A stretch of DNA of 64,000 bases from Macrostomum lignano (taxonomy: Eukaryota): positions 210,047 through 274,046 of the forward strand of contig NIVC01001524.1 of NCBI GenBank assembly GCA_002269645.1. The letters are read 5' to 3'. Shown here in pieces: positions 1 to 11,684 of the stretch. How positions within the stretch are numbered: position 1 is the stretch's first letter; every line of letters begins with the position of its first letter. A program made the translations under genes and the position numbers. The notes under the pieces were generated by a model. That model worked only from the letters and a program-made list of their open reading frames with translations, ran no database searches and was not told the origin of the DNA.

Positions 1-597
1 CATGAAATTCACAGAACTCATGGAATTCACAGAACTCAAGGAACTCACAGAACTCATGGAACTCACAGAACTCATGAAATTCACAGAACTCATGGAATTC
101 ACAGAACTCATGAAATTCACAGAACTCATGGAATTCACAGAACTCAAGGAACTCACAGAACTCATGGAACTCACAGAACTCATGAAATTCACAGAACTCA
201 TGGAATTTACAGAACTCACGGAGCTCAAGGAACTCACAGAACTCATGGAGCTCAAGGAACTCACAGAACTCATGGAATTCACAGAACTCATGGAATTTAC
301 AGAACTCACGGAGCTCAAGGAACTCACAGAACTCATGGAGCTCAAGGAACTCACAGAACTCATGGAATTCACAGAACTCATGGAATTCACAGAACTCATG
401 GAATTCACAGAACTCATGGAATTCACAGAGCTCATGGAATTCACAGAACTCATGGAATTCACAGAACTCATGGAATTCACAGAACTCATGGAATTCACAG
501 AACTCATGGAATTCACAGAACTCATGAAATTCAGAGAACTCATGGAATTTACAGAACTCACGGAGCTCAAGGAACTCGCAGAACTCATGGTACTCAT
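1..597. repeat. Minisatellite, 18-bp unit built from 9-bp subunits (ACAGAACTC/ATGGAATTC/AAGGAACTC)
   Basis: Direct tandem repetition. The 202-aa 'MEFTEL' ORF is a by-product of the 9-bp period. Confidence 0.95.
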
Positions 598-604
598 TTG
601 GAAC

Positions 605-1445
605 CCATGAACCCCTGGAACACATAAACCCTGGAACACATGAACCCTGGAACACATGAACCCTAGTTGGAACACATGAACCCTGGAACACATGAACCCT
701 GGAACACATGAACCCTGGAACACATGAACCCTGGAACACATGAACCCTGGAACACATGAACCCTGGAACACATGAACCCTGGTACACATGAACCCTGGAA
801 CACATGAACCCTGGTACACATGAACCCTGGAACACATGAACCCTGGAACACATGAACCCTAGTTGGAACACATGAACCCTGGAACACATGAACCCTGGAA
901 CACATGAACCCTGGTACACATGAACCCTGGAACACATGAACCCTGGAACACATGAACCCTGGAACACATGAACCCTGGTACACATGAACTCTGGTACACA
1001 TGAACCCTGGAGCACATGAATCCTGGAACACATGAACCCTGGAACACATGAACCCTAGCTGGAACACATGAACCCTGGTACACATGAATCCTGGAACACA
1101 TGAACCCTGGAACACATGAACCCTGGTACACATGAACCCTGGTACAAATTAACCCTGGAACACATGAACCCTGGAACACATGAACCCTGGAACACATGAA
1201 CCCTGGAACACATGAACCCTGGAACACATGAACCCTGGAACACATGAACCCTGGTACACATGAACCCTGGTACACATGAACCCTGGTACACATGAACCCT
1301 GGTACACATGAACCCTGGTACACATGAACCCTGGAACACATGAACCCTGGAACACATGAACCCTAGCTGGAACACATGAACCCTGGAACACATGAACCCT
1401 GGAACACATGAACCCTGAAACACATGAACCCTGGAACATATGAAA
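605..1445. repeat. Minisatellite, 16-bp unit CATGAACCCTGGAACA
   Basis: Direct tandem repetition with GGTACA variants. Lies in the intron 3' of DSTYK-like exon 4. Confidence 0.95.
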
Positions 1446-1517
1446 CCCTTAAAATCGTTACGTTCTGAGTTATACGCAATCAGTTAGTCCCAGGATAGTT
1501 AGTGCACAAGGACTCAC

Positions 1518-1956
1518 TGATATGACACTTGGCCTGAAACCGCTTCCACTCAGGATCCTGCACTGGCCGACTGAAAATCACTCCGGGATGACGGAGAATC
1601 GTTTGAATATTGAGCGACATCTGACGCATCACCGTCCTGAAGCCGAGGCTGTAAATATCGCTAGCCTGCAGGTCGCACTCGTCGGCTAGAGTAGCTTTGA
1701 GCACGGCCAAACTTGGCGTCTGCTCGATGTCTCTCTCGTATTCGAATACTCGAGCTTTTAAATCTTCCAATTCGGCGAAGCAGTCCTGCATTGCGCCCTT
1801 TTGCAGGAACTCTTGATAGGCCACGATAACCCTGTTGTTGATGAATCGGTGGATTTCGGTGACGCAGCGCTCTTCGATTTGATTGGAGGAGAGGTTTGCG
1901 TCGATGACGTTCTCTGAGTACTCCATCGACTTCACTTCCTCGAGCAGAATTGGTCC
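1518..1956 (-). CDS. DSTYK: DSTYK-like protein, exon 4 (helical region; gene continues left of the window)
   Basis: LLEEVKSMEY...CVTEIHRFINNRV...PEWKRFQAK resembles the DSTYK middle region (LLDDATNMEF...CCIRQIQELI...LEWKRKVA). Phase-0 acceptor AAG|GGA at 1956 is less certain; donor TCA|GTGAGT at 1517. Confidence 0.7.
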
Positions 1957-2042
1957 CTTCAATGTTTTTTTGCATGGATATACAGAAAAACGCATGTGTT
2001 GTTTCGTTTTCTGATTTTTTAGGAATCGTAGGTCTAAAATAT

Positions 2043-2310
2043 TGTAGCCTAGTGGTTAGAGCGCGTCGGACTAACGACTGAACAATTTGTGTTTTTGAGC
2101 AAGGTACTTAACTCTTCATTGCTTCAGTTCACTCAGCTGTAAAATGGGTGCCAGCATTAGCTGGGATAATTGAGGGTGTGTGGCAACCCCCCCCCCAGTC
2201 CTTGGACTGAACAGCCGTACGCAGCCTTCAGATGCGCCGCGCAATATCTGCAGCTGAGCTGTCGGTTGTACATCTGCCATTATGACAGGTGTAATAAATT
2301 ATTAATATTA
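2043..2310 (+). mobile_element. tRNA-derived SINE with CORE-like domain
   Basis: A-box-like TAGCCTAGTGG at 2045. The stretch TTGAGCAAGGTACTTAACTC...CAGTT...CAGCTGTAAAATGGG resembles the MIR/CORE consensus. AT-rich tail near 2300. Confidence 0.6.
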
Positions 2311-3136
2311 TTTGCGACTTGACATCAAGTGGGATACACATGAACAGGGTCTTCTTCGACAAAACTGTACTTTTAAATCTTGTAAAAACCTCACGTCGAT
2401 GGGTTTTTACAATCAAGAAATCATCGTTAATACGAATATAAGTTGCAATTTAAGTACATTTAAGGCAGTCACGTGCAATCCCAAAATTTCAGTGACAACA
2501 TGCGAGTAAAACGGGTAGCTTCTATAGTTTATTTATTTATTTATTTATTTAAAAATCCAAATACGCCTAAAATGACTATCTCCCAACTTACTAACACTTA
2601 GTCATTCAGGGTACACAGGCACACATTCGCACTACACAGTTGACATGATGTTTTCATCTGTAAGACAGCAAACACTGATTTTGGGTATTCCAGCGCGAGA
2701 GTCCGTCGCGTTTACCTGAGCCGCTCTGTCCCAATTTTGTGCACCGACATAGACCAAAGTCAACTCGCATTCTACAAGAATAGAAATGAACTCTTACGAC
2801 TTGTTACTAAAACTATCAGTTATAATATCTATTAGTTATTACACCGGGTAGGCGTTTTCAATTCTTTCATGCAATAGTTCGTGCTTGACTTATCTAATAT
2901 CTATGGCACAACTTTTTTCGTCTAGCACTTCGTTAGCACGGAGAGAACGTTTGAAACAGAATTTGAAAACGGATGAGAGATCAGGAAGCTGTTAGAGAAC
3001 ATCGTAAGTTTAGCATTTTTGGCTTTTAATACACAGCAATGAATTCAATTGCCAACTATAATTTCGTCAAAAATCGAAAACTAAGTATCACGTATAGCAA
3101 TCACAAGTATCACCAATAAATCAATGCCCTCCTCAC

Positions 3137-3751
3137 CTGACTCTTAATTAAACTTTCCGCCTCACGTTCAAAGCCTTCGCGATGTTTTTCAACAATTTTC
3201 TTGGACTGCTCGTGGTTCCGACACTCCATAGCTCGGATCATTTCGAGATTTTTGCGCCGCATCTGCGTGCAAGCTCGAATATCGTTGGCCTTGTTCATCA
3301 CCAAGTCCATAGTTTGGCAGTGCAAAACTCGCAAGCCTGAGCAAGCGCCAAGGATTAGGCTGCGAAACTGTTCGGCAGCGAAGTCGGCCAGTTTTTGTTG
3401 CATCTCGTTGAAGCGAAGCACCCACTTGCTGCGTTTCACGGCGGCTCCGGCCGCTTGATCTCCGCCGGATCTTTTGATTGCTATCGCCACGCGCCTCCTG
3501 TAGTTCTTCATCTCCCAGCTCGAGATGCAGAAGAATCTCGAACAACTTTCGGGCGTTTCTTCCGCGCCGAAGCATTGAAGCTTTTTGAGTCGACTGAAAA
3601 CACGTCGAGCACGATCCTGCTCGATGTCTTCGATTGTACGACCACTTTCTGGCGTTGGAATATCCTCTTTGGAAACGTCCATTTTTGTTACTAGATAGAA
3701 TAGTTCAAGTTCCGGAGCTGTGGCTCGAATGTTTTCAATGTCTTTCTCGGC
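3137..3751 (-). CDS. DSTYK: DSTYK-like protein, exon 3 (G4 motif FYLVTKMD and helical bundle)
   Basis: Acceptor CCCTAG|GCC at 3751 and donor CAG|GTGAGG at 3136. 615 nt, phase 0/0, open frame containing TKxD and RFFCISS. Confidence 0.85.
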
Positions 3752-3958
3752 CTAGGGAAGGAATGAAACTGTGGTAGAGTTTTGATGGTATTATAGAGAG
3801 CTTACTTGTTTTCATTTAGTGATGCGTTGGATTGTGACTAATTCTGACTAATTTCTTAGGCACTGGTTTGCGAGGGCCTATCGCGTTTAGTGGGGGTGGC
3901 GGTGCGTGCTGAGGTGGTTGTTGCGTTTGGGGTGCTTTGTCCTTGTCCCCCCCGCTGA

Positions 3959-4515
3959 GGGTTGGATGGTCTTGGGGTTGGATGGTCTTGGGGTTGGATG
4001 GTCTTGGGGTTGGATGGTCTTGGGGTTGGATGGTCTTGGGGTTGGATGGTCTTGGGGTTGGATGGTCTTGGGGTTGGATGGTCTTGGGGTTGGATGGTCT
4101 TGGGGTCGGATGGTCTTGAGGTTGGATGGTCTTGGGGTTGGATGGTCTTGGGGTTGGATGGTCTTGGGGTTGGATGGTCTTGGGGTTGGATGGTCTTGGG
4201 GTTGGATGGTCTTGGGGTTGGATGGTCTTGAGGTTGGATGGTCTTGGGGTTGGATGGTCTTGGAGTTGGATGGTCTTGGGGTTGGATGGTCTTGAGGTTG
4301 GATGGTCTTGGAGTTGGATGGTTCTGGGGATTGGATGGTCTTGAGGTTGGATGGTCTTGGGGTTGGATGGTCTTGGGGTTGGATGGTCTTGGGGTTGGAT
4401 GGTCTTGGGGTTGGATGGTCTTGGGGTTGGATGGTCTTGGAGTTGGATGGTCTTGAGGTTGGATGGTCTTGGTGTTGGATGGTCTTGGGGTTGGATGGTC
4501 GCGGGGTTGGATGGT
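3959..4515. repeat. G-rich minisatellite, 16-bp unit GGTTGGATGGTCTTGG
   Basis: Direct tandem repetition in DSTYK-like intron 2. Confidence 0.95.
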
Positions 4516-4646
4516 TTTAGAGCTACTGGTTTTTGTTCATATATTTTCCTATGGTCCATATGGTAAAATACAAACAATGGTTATTTTGATGCTCAAAGTA
4601 AATGATTCAGTTATTGTATGTAAAACAGTAGCTCGAAGAAAATTAC

Positions 4647-5023
4647 CGCCAAAGTGATTCCGTATCGACCGTCGATAACGTACAAAATGATTGGCAGAAA
4701 CGAGTCAATCGCCCGCATGGTCAGGGTGTCAAGAGCGTCGTTTTCGTTTAGTCCGGGCGAATCCACAATGTCCAGTCCGCACTTGCGCAGAAACTCGCTA
4801 GGCACACCGAGCTCAACTGATGCGCTCAATAAATTTGCATCTTCACGACTGTCGTCTTTTAGCCAGATGAAATTTTCGTCAATTTTGCCGTCCTCCGGTT
4901 GGACTGTCTGGCCCAATTGCTTGCCATGCTTGTCTAGGAGGCGAACTGTCACTCGGTCTGCGTAGGTTATTCGAGTCACTCTGGCTGTGCACGGCGTCGA
5001 TGATTGGTCAACAAACTTGCGAC
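4647..5023 (-). CDS. DSTYK: DSTYK-like protein, exon 2 (G2 region PCTAR, G3 motif DSPG)
   Basis: Acceptor TTCAAG|GT at 5023 is phase 1 and joins exon 1 to give ELLGRKFVDQSSTPCTARVTRI. Contains IVDSPGLNE. Donor GCG|GTAATT at 4646. Confidence 0.85.
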
Positions 5024-6105
5024 CTTGAAAAAGTTATAATTTTATTGAACTATACAGTTTAAATTGACTTTTTGTAGTCCTTACTTGTAGTGAATGTTAT
5101 CTAGAAAGCTTACTGTGGGTTGGCTTTATTCATTCGGTCGCAAAACCGAAACCCCAGAAGTATCGTGGCGTCATAAATTTAAAACGCAGTGTCTTTCATA
5201 AGTTCTAGACTTCATTCTGATTATAGTTCGATCTAGTGATGCATCTGATGTTATATTTCAGTTTTTATATATTTGGTCTTGTCATTTTTGTGTCCTGTAA
5301 TGCATCGGTGGTGCAATGTCTTTAACATGAGACCCCTGCCAGACAAAAATTACTTATGTAAACTTTTGGATGCAAGTTACTGTAACAAATTGCTATCGCT
5401 AGAAATTTTGTCGAAATGAGTCTGCTCCTAGCTTTGCTCTACCGGTATAATATAAATCACCTAATACAAAACGATTCTGGAAGACAGCCAATGGTACAGC
5501 CGCAGCACTCGGCGAGGCGAGGCATGACCCCTGCATCACTCATTTACCGTGGCTGCCTTGGGAATCGACGCAAGCAGCCTATTTAGCTGCGCGCTAACCG
5601 TGGCCAATTCTAATTAACTTGCATCACCTTGAAATACTTGTCCGACTGAACAGATGCATACCACTTGGTAGTCTATATAACTATTATACTTGTTTCTCCA
5701 TACCTACTGTAAAGCATAGTAACTTCTCGCTCCCCTCAGAATGCGCAGCAACTGCTTCACATCTCAGCCCATAGACAAAACCGCAGAAGGGCAACTCGTC
5801 TGCCGGTCCTTGTACTCTGGCCTTCTATCGAATCGAACAACTTTCTAGGCTACACGGCTCGTTAAGAGCGCCCTTAATTCTAGCTCTAATAAGCTAAAAC
5901 TAACGCTAAAAAGCATCGAAGATCTTGCGCAGGGTGCACAACGTGACGACGAGAATTATTCTCATAGTCGGAGAGTGACAGTGAGAGACGTAACTAATTA
6001 GGCCATTTGCGTTTTCGCCAAATACTATAGGAGCAGTCATAATCTAAAAACCCAAAGAGAGGCCGACGGAAATAAGACGACAAAGTAATTCAGCATCAAG
6101 ACGGC

Positions 6106-6967
6106 ATGTCCAGCTTCAGCCTCGCCGAGGCTTTGAAAAAGTCTCGGCCGCACCGCGCCGGCCAGTTCGTCTCGCCGCCACGCGTTCTGACGTTGCACAA
6201 CTCGCGCAGCGAGCCTTCGCACATGACAATTCGAAGGCGCAACGACGACATAATTCGCCTGCCGGCGCAGCCCTGGCATTCACCCACAGCCCGGGGGATC
6301 TGCGGCAGCAGCTCGCCGCCGCCGACGCCGCCGCAGCCGTTGCCGGTGTCTTTTAGCGTTGATTTTCCGCAACGAGGCAATGTTAATCTGCACCAATATC
6401 TGCCGCGCAATTTTGGTCAACAGAAATTCGTTCTGAATAATAACAGCTTTGCTGGAGGCAGCGGCGCGATGCTCAACCACACGGACACCAGCGGCGAGGA
6501 CGCCAAATCCAGCGGCACGCTGGCTGGCCTCTCCGACACGATTTCTATCGACGCCAGCATTTCCGATCATTTCCTGTGCGAGCGAAGCGACAGAGTCTGG
6601 CACAGCGGCGGCAACTGCAGTAATTCGACGCACCGCAATCGACGTCGTTCCAGACGACGCGGTGGCTCGAAGCGTCGTCGGAAACCGACGGACTATGACG
6701 AACAAGTCGACCAAGATGACAGCGACGATTCGCCGCGCGTGCCGGAAGTTCTGAACGCTTCGAACGATCGGAAGCATCAAAATTATCTGCGCATTAAAGC
6801 TCCAGCAAGGAAACACTATCAGCATCAGTCGCAGCAGAATCAGGTGATTCAGTGCCAGCAACAGAGCAGCAGCGGGCAATATCAGTACATCAGCAGCAGC
6901 GGTGGCAGTGAAGAATTTTGCGACATGCCCCAGCAATACATTCGCAGTACCAATATAGCGGGACTGT
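6106..6967 (+). CDS. Nested low-complexity (S/Q/R-rich) protein, exon 1
   Basis: ATG at 6106, long GC-rich open frame with basic cluster RNRRRSRRRGGSKRRRK. Donor T|GTGAGT at 6968, phase 1. Confidence 0.6.
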
Positions 6968-7188
6968 GTGAGTTAGCTGCGGCGAAACTTCTCTTATTTA
7001 TGAATCTAAACAGAAGCGTGAAGAGTGGTGTTAGAAAGTGTCACATGAGATCTAGGGCACGTTTAGGCTGCGATTGAAACACGCAGTTAATCCAAAACAC
7101 CCTCAAGGACGCTTTACTAAAAATGGACCTATAACGAATCTAAGATACATTTATGACAAATCCAGCGAAACCCTTCAACCCATCGCAG

Positions 7189-8825
7189 TTGCAAACGCCA
7201 GCTGCCTCGCCGACCAGCGCAGTCCAAGCCAACGCAGCGACCACAGCGAGCCGCAATTCGGCCGAGAGGACCTTAAAGTGCGCGGTCACTGGCAGGAGTC
7301 CTTAAGCAACGATGATCAAAGCACAACTGAGGCGTCCTGCACCGACGAAGAGAATAAAACTCAAATTGCTGGAGTTGACAGCGACTTGACGGCTCTGACG
7401 CTTAGCAGAATGGAGCTGAGCAGTTCTCAGGCTGCCGCTACGGAGCAGAAACTCCTGCAGCAGCTGCAACAGAAGCAGCACAGGTCGCGACGGTACGGCG
7501 GAGGAGGCGGAGGAAGTACCACGTCGCCAGGTTCCAACGAAATGAGTGAGGATGTCAGCAGTCGCAGCCATAACAAGCAGCTGCAGCAACAGCAGCAGCA
7601 ACTGCCTCGGCACCAAATCCAGCAACTGCATCAGCAGCAGTCGCAGCTGCAACAGCAGCATCAGCAGTATCATTTTGACAAGCAGCAGCAGGTGTTGATT
7701 CAACAACCGCAGCAATTTCAACAGCAACAGATGCAGCAGATGCCACAGCAACAGCAGATTCAACCAAGGCATCAACATGTAGTTATGCCGCCAGTGCTGG
7801 AGCCGCATCAGCTGATAGCTGCCCAGCAGATGATGGTTGGAATGAACTATGATCAGCCGGCCCAGCAAAATCAGCAGCAGACGCAGCAGCCGACGGTGCA
7901 ACAGCCGACGCCGCAGTTTGCTCAGCCACAGTATCTGGCGCAGCCATATCAACTGATTTGCCAGCCTTCGCCGTCGATGTATCCCGATCAATCAAACGGC
8001 CTGACCATCACCAACCCGATACCGTGGCAGCAGCAGCCTTCAAATATTCAGCAACAGCACCAGCAACAGCAACAGCATTTTGTTCCACAAGCACTGTTGG
8101 CTCAATTGCCAGAGCAGCAGAAGCAAAGTCTGCCAAGTCCGAAGCATCATCAACATCATCGTCAGCGAGCTCAACATGACAGACATCCGCATTTGAGCAG
8201 CTCCGGACGTCATCCGCTCGGTCAGAACAGCTCCAGTTCGAGCTTCTCTTTGAGCCAATCGCAGCGCAGTACTCGCGAGTCTAACTCCGCACGGGATGAA
8301 GAAATCATACCGGCGTCGGATGATCTGGTTCACCTGTCCGTCATCAGCTGCACGGAGGCTGGCGATCGCAGCGGCGGCAGCGGTCGCGTTGGGGGCGGCG
8401 GCGGCGTCGGCGGTGGCAACTCGGAGGGCGAAGCGACAACGGCTCCGGCAGTGGAGACAGAAGCCGAGGGAGAAGTTGGCACGACTCTGTGCGCGGAGAC
8501 GGATGATCATCGGGTGCCGTGCTCCGTGGTTTCGACCGAGCAACGACAGGAGCCACAGCAACCACTTCAGCAGCACTTAGACAAGCCGCAGAATCACAAC
8601 CAGCAACCGGTCCATGAGGAAAGTCATCACATCCACCGCAGCCGTGAGCAGCAAGCCAAGCAGGAGCAGATTTTGTCACCATCGGAGTCGCAGCAATCGT
8701 CTCGCTACGGCCGATTGAAGACGCCAGAAATTTGCAAGCGAGACTTTCTATCCATGCTTCGGCAGAACATCTCGCACGGTAGGCTGCACCGACGTGCCAA
8801 AATGAAGCTGAACAGGCGGTCCTAG
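7189..8825 (+). CDS. Nested Q-rich intrinsically disordered protein, exon 2 (joined product about 832 aa)
   Basis: Acceptor CGCAG|TT at 7189 is phase 1, matching exon 1. 1.6 kb stop-free frame with CAG/CAA codon mixing. No recognised domain. Confidence 0.6.
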
Positions 8826-9671
8826 CTGACCAAGTTTCAAGATCCCAACACAAATATTTGCCAGCAAAATCAATTCCTCGATTGTCAATTGTCGCGCCTC
8901 CATTGGGACTGCAGTCTTCTTATAAAAACTCAAACTTGTGCGCCAGCGTGAACTCTCCCTCCCACACACACCCAACCCCTTCAAAGTCTTCTCAGCAGAG
9001 TCGAATTTGTAATGCTGTCCGTATCCGTACCGCGCTCTCAACCAATTGAGTGTTTATTTGCGTAATTGTAACCAATTCAGCACCAGCTCGTGCGCAAAAC
9101 GCGAAGTTAACAACGCCAATACGCTGCATGCACATTCGGTTGTGTTTAAAAAGTGCTTTTAACACACACGCACAATTTTTCGTAACTTATAAATGTGGTA
9201 AATCCATTCTTTTTGTTTCCTACTCCATCCCCGATTGGCAGCTTAAACTGCAGTAACCGTCGAGTTTACAATGCCGCCTTTTTTAAACTGTTTCGCTTCT
9301 GGCCCTCCCGTACTCATGGTCTCCTCGCAGACTGTTTGGTAACCTGCTCTCCGAATTATTTCGCACGTCGTCTCAAAACTGTGACTGCGCATTTACCTCG
9401 AAACCTACTAAACCGACTGCAATGTTTTTTCATTCATTTTTTTAATATATAAGACAAATTTCAGGTGTCCAGAGAATATTTTTTCTTGTAACCTCAAGAC
9501 ACAAAGCGTATGGTTATGTAAAATGCTCGGTATATTCTGTTGCTTTTGTGTTTCCGTGCTGACGAAGGCAAGGGCAGGGGGATGTTAGACAAGTGAACAA
9601 GGATGTTAGAATAACAACACGGATGTTAGACTATAACAGCGAGGGTGTTAGAAAAATTAAAGAAAGAAAAT

Positions 9672-9905
9672 CAGACCAGAACAATGATGTTGCAAAAATT
9701 AAAAAGGATGTCAGACCAGAACAAGGATGTTGGACAAATTAAAAAGGATCTCAGACCAGAACAAGGATGTTGGACAAATGAAAGATGATGCCAGACCAGA
9801 ACAAGGATGTTGGACAAATGAAAGATGATGCCAGACCAGAACAAGGATGTTAGACAAATGAAAGACGATGTCAGGCCAGAACAAGGATTTATGACAAATG
9901 AACAA
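9672..9905. repeat. Tandem repeat, 40-bp unit (CAGACCAGAACAAGGATGTTGGACAAAT...), about 6 copies
   Basis: Adjacent imperfect copies with no unique spacers. Confidence 0.85.
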
Positions 9906-9990
9906 GGTTGTTAAAAGACGAGACTACATGTATGTTAGACCAATAAGCAGGGAAAGCTTAGCCGCGAGAAATGTTACACAAAGAACTCAC

Positions 9991-10315
9991 CTAACAGTTC
10001 GTTAATAAAGGTGCTCTTTCCTGAGTTGCTCTGACCAACAACTACTATGCAAGGCCGTTCGGGACTGTTCGCAGCAGACGAACTATTGAAGCCACCGCCG
10101 CTTTTGAACAGCTGGTTAACCCGTTCTCGGACACCCTGCAAAGCCAAATTCTCTCGAATCTCGGCCACTAATTCCGGTGACAAAACTTTTACAAAGTCTT
10201 TGTCTAGCAGAGACTCAGTTTGGTCTAATAGTTTGTTTAATCTGTCACGATCGGCGTAGAATCGAGAGATCTCGAAGCTCAATGGTGACTCGTTCGAATC
10301 TTTAGACATGCTCAT
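9991..10315 (-). CDS. DSTYK: DSTYK-like protein, exon 1 (P-loop GQSNSGKST)
   Basis: PCIVVVGQSNSGKSTFINELLG aligns with DSTYK [22 protein letters not shown] and with dynamin-family G1. Donor TAG|GTGAGT at 9990. Confidence 0.85.
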
Positions 10316-10946
10316 TTTTTTCCTTGTAAAAACTTTTTCACTTTTTTGTCTCAGCTTTTACAGGTAGATATTTAATATAGACCGAGCCCGCTTGAGCACA
10401 TGGTCTTTATCGAGTTTGTTATCTTATCAAATTGTCATTTTCGTCGTTTAACTTTTATAGACATTGCTCTAGAAAAACTTAGCAAAAAAGAAGTTCAGTG
10501 ATACGAGAAGTTGCTAAGACTAGCAATGACGCCCCCCACAGTAAAATTCCTGTTAATGTCATCGAAAGAACGGAAACTTAAAACTGCTTTTCCTAAAATT
10601 TAAAACCAAGCTAAAAAAAGCTGTAATTGATTATTGTAAAAACTTGATTGCCACAGTTAAAAAGCCTTATATTTAGCCATATGGTTTGCTAAAAAGGGTA
10701 ATATTATTTTACTTAGGTAGATAAATAAAGCATACATATAGTAGCAACACTAAATCTACAAGATACTGAAGTACAAAAAGAAAACAAATACTAAAACTAC
10801 AAAACAGCAGCATTTTATTAGCAATTGTCTGAGCTGTTACAAAACAACTAGTAATTTAGAAAACATTTAAGTAGACATGATTTTGAGCATACAGTGTTGT
10901 AAAGTACAGAATCTTGAAAGGTTATAAAGAGATTTTATCAATTGGC

Positions 10947-11220
10947 GATTGTATAGATCTGAGCAGCTTCCTATCCAGATTGTGTATAGATCTGAGCAGT
11001 CTCCTATCCAGATTGTGTATAGATCTGAGCAGCTTCCTATCCAGATTGTGTATAGATCTGAGCAGCTTCCTATCCAGATTGTGTATAGATCTGAGCAGCT
11101 TCCTATCCAGATTGTGTATAGATCTGAGCAGCTTCCTATCCAGATTGTGTATAGATCTGAGCAGCTTCCTATCCAGATTGTGTATAGATCTGAGCAGTTT
11201 ACTATCCAGATTGTGTATAG
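10947..11220. repeat. Tandem repeat, 33-bp unit (GATTGTGTATAGATCTGAGCAGCTTCCTATCCA), about 8 copies
   Basis: Direct repetition. Confidence 0.95.
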
Positions 11221-11684
11221 AATATACACAACTGGTAGCATTAAATCATAAAAAGTTTGAAAAAGGCACACAAAAGATAACGGTAAGCATAAGATAGCAG
11301 TGACTAGATTGCCTTGAAAAGAAAAAAATTAGACATGAAAATCTAAAATATTAAAAATGGTTATTAGCAGGTGTGAATAAAAATTTTAGCAATATAATTC
11401 TTCGCATAATACTGTTTTGAGCAGTGAAATTGAAGCATTCTCGCAAAAAACGACAATAAATAACTGAGCATGCCAATTAAATAATCAGATTTATAATTTT
11501 TCAAAAATGTTTAAAAAAGCTTTAAACAAAAAGACAATATAGAAGTTAGACAAATTTTCTTTGTTTAGCATGCTTTGAGTGTAAATTATATTTAACAATC
11601 ACATTTGAATCAACTATTGACTAGAAACAATAAATAGACAATTGTAAATATAGAATTAGAAGGCCCGCTACTGAATAAATTAGG

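Noticed and set aside
2-1439. Long repetitive ORFs (MEFTEL..., CSRVHVFQG...)
   Set aside because: By-products of tandem repeats lacking stops. They lie in an intron and have no unique coding sequence. The same applies to ORFs at 3816-4577, 10867-11297, 11861-13953, 14454-15741, 16200-17152 and 60838-61747.
6280-8853. Minus-strand ORFs overlapping the nested gene (L-rich 218, 229 and 169 aa)
   Set aside because: Antisense shadows of CAG-rich coding sequence. The same reasoning applies to antisense ORFs over R2 and the ENaC genes.
9672-9905. 40-bp repeats that superficially resemble a CRISPR array
   Set aside because: Units are contiguous with no unique spacers, there are no cas genes, and the context is eukaryotic. 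The same holds for the 33-bp repeat at 10947.
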